64,000 nt of DNA, taken from positions 256,001 to 320,000 of the forward strand of contig JAXHNB010000006.1 in assembly GCA_034520945.1 (NCBI GenBank). The letters are read 5' to 3'. The notes below the pieces were generated by a model that was not told the origin of the DNA, ran no database searches, and saw nothing but the letters and a program-made list of their open reading frames with translations. Positions 58,283 through 64,000 of this stretch are shown piece by piece (the first letter of the stretch is position 1; each line of letters opens with the position of its first letter). The translations under genes were made by a program, and so were the position numbers. The DNA is from Trueperaceae bacterium. Its GTDB lineage: Bacteria > Deinococcota > Deinococci > Deinococcales > Trueperaceae.

Positions 58283-58738
58283 ATGCCTAAATCGCGCGAC
58301 ATGGACGCGACACGACGCATCTTGACGACCTCTCGCATCGTGGCGGTGCTCGGTGCGCACCCCGACACGAGCAAGCCGGCGCACTTCGTGCCCGCCTACC
58401 TGCACGAGCAGGGGTTCGAGGTGCACCCCGTCAACCCGACCTACACCGATGAACGCCTGTGGGGACGCCTGCCGGCGGGCCGCTTGGCGGACCTCGACAC
58501 GCCTGTCGACGTGGTCGACGTGTTTCGGCGTAGCGAGCACCTCCCCGGGCATCTGGACGACGTGCTGGCGATGGATCCGTTGCCGAAGGTGGTGTGGTTC
58601 CAGAAAGGCATCCGGCACGACGAGGTGGCCCGGCAGCTGGAGGGGCGCGGAATCGAGGTCGTCCAGGACGCCTGCATGCTGGCACTGCACAAGAAGCTCG
58701 GCCTTCAGCGGGGGGCCGAGCCCGACGCGAAGCGCTGA
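58283..58738 (+). CDS. CoA-binding protein (YccU-like)
   Basis: AVLGA, PVNP, VDVFRRS, VWFQ.G, DAC. Confidence 0.92.
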   Translation: MPKSRDMDATRRILTTSRIVAVLGAHPDTSKPAHFVPAYLHEQGFEVHPVNPTYTDERLWGRLPAGRLADLDTPVDVVDVFRRSEHLPGHLDDVLAMDPLPKVVWFQKGIRHDEVARQLEGRGIEVVQDACMLALHKKLGLQRGAEPDAKR

Positions 58739-58874
58739 CGCCGGAATGCGGGGCCTGGTGGGGACGCCTGCCCCCGCTCGCGTACCGCACGGAGGTGCGC
58801 TGAAACGCGCCATGTTCGTCGTGCGCGGGTGTTCGACACCGACGCCGCGAGGGTCCGCGTGCTAGCGTGAACAC

Positions 58875-59270
58875 ATGAAGCAGCTGAAGATCGTGATGGC
58901 CATCGCGTTTGCCGGCGTGCTCGCAGCGTGTGCGCCGGGCACGATTACGCCCGAAGAGCTGGTCGTGACCCGGCCGTACGACGAGGCCTTCGCGCTGGTG
59001 ACCAACACCATCGCGACCCAGCCGTACCCCGACGACACCACCGGGTGGGTGGTGACCCAGTCCGATCAGGTGGGTGGGTTCGTCACGGCCGAGCTCGAGG
59101 GCCGCGCCTGCGCCTTCCTGGGATTGGGATGCGAGCCGTACACCGCACGGGTTTCGGTGGCGCTGAACACGCGGGGCGAGGAGCTCACCGCGGTGCAGAT
59201 CAGCCAGACGGGGCACTCGGTGGCGCAGGACCTCGCCGACCGGCTGGCCGACCGGTTGCGGGCTCCGTAG
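58875..59270 (+). CDS. Hypothetical lipoprotein
   Basis: LAAC lipobox; leaderless TAGCGT-N6-ATG. Confidence 0.8.
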   Translation: MKQLKIVMAIAFAGVLAACAPGTITPEELVVTRPYDEAFALVTNTIATQPYPDDTTGWVVTQSDQVGGFVTAELEGRACAFLGLGCEPYTARVSVALNTRGEELTAVQISQTGHSVAQDLADRLADRLRAP

Positions 59271-59392
59271 GCGATCGGGGCCCGACGCACGGGTCACGGG
59301 TCGGCGCGGCTGCAGGTCGAAGCGGGGATCGGGCCGTTCCCCGCGTCTCGGCCGGAGGCGAACCGGCCACGGGAAAGAACGGGGTGGTCAAA

Positions 59393-59920
59393 GTGTCGAC
59401 CGACGTGTTGGTGGCATACGCCAGCAAGCACGGCGCGACGGCCGAGATCGCGGAGCACATCGCGCACGTCCTGCGGGGCGGCGGCCTTCGCGTCGAGGTC
59501 GCGCCCGCCGGCGCGGTGCACGATCTCGGGCCGTACACCGCGGTGGTGCTCGGCAGCGCGGTGTACATGGGCGGCTGGCGGCGCGAAGCCGCGCGCTTCC
59601 TGAAACGCTTCGAACAGGAATTGTCCGAACGGCCGGTGTGGCTGTTCTCCAGCGGCCCGACCGGCTTGGGCGATCCCGTGGCGTTGGTCCATGGCCGGCG
59701 GGTGCCCGACGGCCTGAAGGCGTTGGTGGCGGGCATCGAGCCCAAGGACGTGACCGTGTTCCACGGACGGCTGGACCCGGAAACGTTGGGGCGGATCGAA
59801 CGCTGGGTCGTCACGCGGGTGGCGGCGCCCAGCGGCGATTTTCGTGATGCTGCTGCCATCCGCGACTGGGCGCAAGGGATCGCGAGCGAGCTGACGCCGG
59901 CCGTACTGGCCCCCGCGTAG
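59393..59920 (+). CDS. Flavodoxin-domain protein (HemG-like)
   Basis: VAYASKHGATAEIA, GSAVYMG, WLFSSGP, GDFRD..AIRDWA. Confidence 0.88.
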   Translation: MSTDVLVAYASKHGATAEIAEHIAHVLRGGGLRVEVAPAGAVHDLGPYTAVVLGSAVYMGGWRREAARFLKRFEQELSERPVWLFSSGPTGLGDPVALVHGRRVPDGLKALVAGIEPKDVTVFHGRLDPETLGRIERWVVTRVAAPSGDFRDAAAIRDWAQGIASELTPAVLAPA

Positions 59921-59974
59921 GGCCACGCCGGCGTGCGTGCGGCCCTACGCCCGGACGCGGGTCACGCCGGCCGT

Positions 59975-60937
59975 TCAGCGAGGCCGAATCCGCGTAACTC
60001 GCACCGCGCCGTCGGCCGTGAGCACGCCCCGCACCTCGACGTACGAGCCGATGTCGGGATCGTCGTCGATGCGGGTGTCGGGCGTGATCGTGAGGGGTAG
60101 CCCGTCCAGGACCCAGCGGGCGGAGAGGGTGCCGTGCAGGCGGACCTCGGCGCCGGCCCGGATGCCGGTGGCTTCGCCGTCGGGGCCGGATGCGCCGCCC
60201 TCGATCCAGGTTCGGATGCGTGCGATGGCGTCCTCGCTCAAATAGGGGGGACCGTCGAAGGGCATACGGGGCAGCGACATGCCGGTGACGCGCCGGTACA
60301 GCTCGCTGGCCAACGGCATCCCCGGTACCACCAAGGGCCGTTCCGTGCCGGCGACGATGGCGTCGTGCGAGGTGACGACGAACCCCTCGGGCGGCGCGCC
60401 CATGACGCCGTTCGGGGCATGGCAGTGGGCGCACCGGCGTTGGAAGGTCTGCATTACGTTCGCAAAGGTGCCGGGCTCGGCGGTAGCCGCATCGGGGAGG
60501 CCAGCGTCCGCCTCCGCCGCGTCCACGCCCCCCATGCCCGACGAATCCGTGTCCGACGTGCCGGCTGGCGCGCCCGCTTCGATCCAGGACACGATCAGGG
60601 CGATGGTTTCGTCGTCCAGGTAGGGCGGGCCGGTCAGCGGCATGCGCGGTTGGCTGGTGCCGCGAATGCGGTGAACCAGCTCGCTTGCGTCGGGGTCCCC
60701 GGGGACGACCACAGGGCCGCGGTCGCTACCCGCCAGTACGGCCTCGTGACGGGTCAATGACAGGCCTCTCGGGGGATTGTCGCCGCTGTGGCACATGGTG
60801 CAGTGGTGCTCGAGAATGGGCGCGACGTCGTCGAACGTCGGCGTGGGCGCCTGTCCGGCGACCATCGAACCCAGCAGCAGCGTGACCAGCACGAGCAGAG
60901 CACGCCCAAGAACGTGGACGCCGATTGGGAGGGTCAT
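59975..60937 (-). CDS. Diheme c-type cytochrome (two planctomycete-type domains) plus DUF5666-like tail
   Basis: CTMCH and CAHCH, each followed by VVPG..ASEL..RMP..GPPYL..WIE.GA. Confidence 0.85.
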   Translation of the reverse strand: MTLPIGVHVLGRALLVLVTLLLGSMVAGQAPTPTFDDVAPILEHHCTMCHSGDNPPRGLSLTRHEAVLAGSDRGPVVVPGDPDASELVHRIRGTSQPRMPLTGPPYLDDETIALIVSWIEAGAPAGTSDTDSSGMGGVDAAEADAGLPDAATAEPGTFANVMQTFQRRCAHCHAPNGVMGAPPEGFVVTSHDAIVAGTERPLVVPGMPLASELYRRVTGMSLPRMPFDGPPYLSEDAIARIRTWIEGGASGPDGEATGIRAGAEVRLHGTLSARWVLDGLPLTITPDTRIDDDPDIGSYVEVRGVLTADGAVRVTRIRPR

Positions 60938-61161
60938 GCCCCGAGGATACGGCACGTAGCGGGTGACGGGAGGCGCGGCGTTGCGGAGCGGCATGATGCG
61001 CGGTCGACGCGCCGAGCCCATGTGTGAACCCGAGAGTCCGACGTAGGTTACAAGTAAGTTGTCCAAGTTGGATGAAAAGCGCTTAATGAATCAGGGAACA
61101 GATGTGGTAGTATCAATTGTTTCTGGCCCGCAAGATTGGTGTCGGAACACATAGGAGAATC

Positions 61162-62265
61162 ATGAAGTCATTCGATCGATACACGAGGCGCATTCTGGGA
61201 TCGATGGTCATCGTCCTGACGGTGTTTCTCGCAGCTTGTTCCACGTTCACGTCGGACGACACGACCGCGCCTGTGGTGACGTCGCTGACGCCGGTCGCGG
61301 GTGCGACGGGTGTGGCGACGAACACGCGGGTCGTTCTTGCGTTCGATGAGCTGATGAATCCGGCGACGTTGTCCAGTAGCGACTTTACGTTGGCTGGGGG
61401 CGGTTCGTCGTCCGTTGCCGGTGACCTTGCGTACGATGAGGATACCGACAGCTTGGTGTTCACGCCGTCGAGCGTGTTGGATGCGTCGACGGAGTACACG
61501 GCGACGTTGACGCCGGGCATCGAGGACGTGGCGGGCAATACGCTTGCCGACGATGTCGAATGGTCGTTCACCACCGCTGACGCGGTCCCCTCGATCCAGC
61601 CCGTCGACCTCGGAACCGCCGCTGACTTCGTGATCCTGGCGAAGACGGCCGTGACGACGACAGGCGCGACCAGCGTCGTAGGCGACATCGGCATCAGCCC
61701 CGCCGCCCAAAGCTCCATCACCGGCTTCTCCGAAACCCTCGATGCCTCGGGAACCTTCGCGACCTCGAGCCTCGTGACGGGACGGATCTATGCTGCCGAC
61801 ATGGCGGTTCCTACCCCCGCCAAGATGACGACGGCCATCAGCGACATGGATACGGCGTACACCGATGCCGCCGGACGCACCTCGCCTGACTTCACGGAAC
61901 TCGGCGCGGGGGACATCAGTGGCCTGACGCTCGTTCCCGGCCTCTACAAGTGGGGGACCGGCGTGATGGTCTCGACCGACGTCACCCTGTCGGGCACGAG
62001 CGACGACGTCTGGATCTTCCAGGTCGCGCAGGACCTCACCGTCGCCAACGGTGCCCAGATGAACCTGTCCGGCGGCGCCCAGCCCGAGAACGTGTTCTGG
62101 CAGATTGCCGGCCAGGCGACCTTCGGCACGGGTTCCGATGTCCAGGGCATCGTGTTGAGCAAGACGCAGATCGTTCTCCAAAGCGGTGCCGTGTTCAGCG
62201 GCAGGGCACTGGCCCAGACCGCTGTGACGATGGATGCGAACACGGTGACGCAGCCTACGGACTGA
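61162..62265 (+). CDS. Ice-binding (DUF3494) lipoprotein with Ig-like (Big_5) stalk
   Basis: LAAC; WSFTT; VDLGTA.DFVILAKT, GDIGISP, AYTDAAGR, PGLYKW, NVFWQ, GRALAQTAVT. Confidence 0.93.
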   Translation: MKSFDRYTRRILGSMVIVLTVFLAACSTFTSDDTTAPVVTSLTPVAGATGVATNTRVVLAFDELMNPATLSSSDFTLAGGGSSSVAGDLAYDEDTDSLVFTPSSVLDASTEYTATLTPGIEDVAGNTLADDVEWSFTTADAVPSIQPVDLGTAADFVILAKTAVTTTGATSVVGDIGISPAAQSSITGFSETLDASGTFATSSLVTGRIYAADMAVPTPAKMTTAISDMDTAYTDAAGRTSPDFTELGAGDISGLTLVPGLYKWGTGVMVSTDVTLSGTSDDVWIFQVAQDLTVANGAQMNLSGGAQPENVFWQIAGQATFGTGSDVQGIVLSKTQIVLQSGAVFSGRALAQTAVTMDANTVTQPTD

Positions 62266-62316
62266 CCGTCTTCGGGGCGCCGTAGCACACGCGCGGCCGC
62301 CATATCCCGAACGAAG

Positions 62317-62352
62317 GGCGACCGCCATGCGCACGTGCGCATGGCGGTCGCC
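62317..62352. terminator. Perfect 36-bp palindrome between convergent genes
   Basis: ggcgaccgccatgcgcac|gtgcgcatggcggtcgcc. Confidence 0.65.
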
Positions 62353-62378
62353 TTCTGTGACCGGAACGACGACGCAGG

Positions 62379-62825
62379 CTACTCTTGTGCGACGTCCCTT
62401 ACCGTGTGCGACGGCCCTTCGGCTTCGCTTAGGTCCACCGTCACCTCGCGTCCCCCGAAGCCGTGCACGTTGCACCGGGCGCGAACCGTGAACACGGTGA
62501 CCCCGTCCGGAAGTTCGAGGCCTCGCAGGCTACGCGTGAACGGTTGCTCGGCGTCGTGGGGGTGCAGCAGTTCCCGTTCGCCGTACACCTCGCCGCTGTC
62601 GGGATCGACGACCTGCCAGGCATCGGCGTAGTGGTCCCAGCCTTCGTCCCGGTGGCGAACGGTGACGGACACGTCGTAGCGGCCATCGTCCCGAACCGTG
62701 ACGACGACCTCTTCGACCTGGGCGTACGCCAGCGAGGTCTCAAAGGCGGGTTCTTCCTCCTGCGCGCAGGTGAGGGAGGAGGTGAGGGCCAGCGCGAGCG
62801 TTGCCAGGAGCGTGAGGCGGAGCAT
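62379..62825 (-). CDS. Secreted His/Cys-motif hypothetical protein (SOR-like pattern)
   Basis: Signal; HRDEGWDHYADAW, LLHPH, CNVHG. Confidence 0.8.
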   Translation of the reverse strand: MLRLTLLATLALALTSSLTCAQEEEPAFETSLAYAQVEEVVVTVRDDGRYDVSVTVRHRDEGWDHYADAWQVVDPDSGEVYGERELLHPHDAEQPFTRSLRGLELPDGVTVFTVRARCNVHGFGGREVTVDLSEAEGPSHTVRDVAQE

Positions 62826-62876
62826 GACGCGAGGATACGCCGGCATTCGGCCGCGCGTCGACCGGCCGCGACGCGC

Positions 62877-63131
62877 TCAGTGCCGGAAGTGGACGAACAC
62901 GCGACCGTGGTTGTCGGCGTCCTTCTCGACGCGGTGATACGTCTGCTTCACGGGCTTGTGGTCCAGGAACTTCAGCACGCGCTTCTTGAGCTGGCCGCTT
63001 CCCTTGCCGGGGACGATCTCCACCAGCGCGATCTTGCGCTGGACCGCCTCGCGCATCACCCGTTCGAGTTCCGCCTCGATTGCGTCGCCCCGGTCGTAGA
63101 TGTCGTGCAGGTCGAGTTTGAGTTTGGCCAT
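62877..63131 (-). CDS. Stand-alone Smr-domain protein
   Basis: LDLHD, IVPGKGSGQLK. Confidence 0.9.
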   Translation of the reverse strand: MAKLKLDLHDIYDRGDAIEAELERVMREAVQRKIALVEIVPGKGSGQLKKRVLKFLDHKPVKQTYHRVEKDADNHGRVFVHFRH

Positions 63132-63234
63132 GCGTGGCTCCTTGCGTCGAATGTAGCTGCCCGTCCCCGCCGTGCACGTCGTCCCGGGATGATCGGCCCT
63201 CGGCCCAGCGCCGCCCTCGCGGTAGGCTGCTGGA

Positions 63235-64000
63235 ATGGTCGCGCTGGCTGTGAACGACACGCCGTGCTCGCGCGCCCTGCTTCGCGACGGGCACCTGCGG
63301 GCGGACTATCTGGAGACCAGCGGGCCGCACGTCGAGGATGCCGTGGCGGCGCTTCCCGGCGTGTCCTTCTTGTTGCACAACAGCGTGTGGGACTGGTCGT
63401 TGGGCCACCCGGACGCGTTGGCGCAACGCGACGTGCTCGCCCTCACCCGGCGCAGGCTGCAGTTGACGCGGGCGCCGTGGCTGAGCATCCACATCGGATT
63501 CAGCGCAGCGGAGGTCCGGTTCGATGACGGCATGCGGCCGGCATCGCGCCCGGTGGGGTCCGAGGAGCTACTGCCGGTCATGACCCGCAACGTGCGCGAC
63601 TTCGCCGCGCACCTCGATGTCCCTTTGCTGCTAGAGAACCTGGACCACAACCCCACCGGCGCGTACGACCACGTGTGCGACCCCAATTTCATTCGCACGC
63701 TCGTCGAAGCGTCGAACGCGTACCTGTTGCTGGACCTGGCCCACGCGCAGGTCAGCGCCGCACGGTTGGGCTGGGACCTGGCCGCGTACCTCGCGGCCCT
63801 GCCGCTCGGGCGCGTGCGGCAGGTGCACGTGAGCGGCCCGCGGCGACGGGACGGCGTGCTGGCGGACGCCCACGAGCCGCTCCGCGAGGAGGATTTGGCG
63901 CTCCTGCGCGACGTGCTGCGCGCGACCACGCCGTGGGCCGTCACGCTGGAGTACGGACGGGACGACGCGGCGTTGCTGGCGCAGGTGGCGACGCTGCGGG
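63235..64000 (+). CDS. DUF692/MNIO-family protein (runs off right edge)
   Basis: Not in the ORF track. MVALAVND...WLSIHIG...LLLEN...LLDLAH...QVHVSG...DAH...VTLEY; leaderless TAGGCT-N6-ATG. Confidence 0.85.
   Translation, partial: MVALAVNDTPCSRALLRDGHLRADYLETSGPHVEDAVAALPGVSFLLHNSVWDWSLGHPDALAQRDVLALTRRRLQLTRAPWLSIHIGFSAAEVRFDDGMRPASRPVGSEELLPVMTRNVRDFAAHLDVPLLLENLDHNPTGAYDHVCDPNFIRTLVEASNAYLLLDLAHAQVSAARLGWDLAAYLAALPLGRVRQVHVSGPRRRDGVLADAHEPLREEDLALLRDVLRATTPWAVTLEYGRDDAALLAQVATLR

Noticed and set aside
1..64000. rRNA, tRNA, CRISPR arrays, intact IS or prophage
   Set aside because: None recognisable by eye in the intergenic regions; tRNAscan/Infernal were not run.

Overview
High-GC (visually about 70%) bacterial chromosomal window, most likely Deinococcota (Trueperaceae-like). 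The support is the yojF-bshB2 bacillithiol pair, PolX-PHP, pervasive leaderless TAnnnT-N5-8-ATG starts and acidic exported proteins. About 60 CDS are present: a USP cluster with a NarL-type two-component system, MarR/MFS, PolX, cidA/lrgB, arsR/ArsP-type permease, nirK-FGE-SCO, a BTAD/NB-ARC/TPR regulator, an OmpR-type TCS, moaC-moaD-moaE-moeB, an S8/VWD lipoprotein protease, thiI-archease-rtcB, mgsA, several transporters, an ExeM nuclease, a DUF3494 ice-binding lipoprotein and a DUF692 gene running off the right edge. I saw no rRNA, tRNA, CRISPR array or intact mobile element. The most interesting unexplained signals are non-coding: (1) two paralogous C-rich-loop sRNA candidates bracketing the USP genes, each behind a putative NarL-type operator; (2) a 22-bp SARP-type direct-repeat promoter found both antisense to the BTAD regulator and upstream of the S8/VWD operon; (3) a promoter-hairpin-terminator RNA upstream of mgsA. 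Also seen: a serially deleted proX relic, an IS3 relic and a local cluster of five frameshifts at 42.1-43.2 kb. All family calls come from motif recognition by eye; no searches were run.
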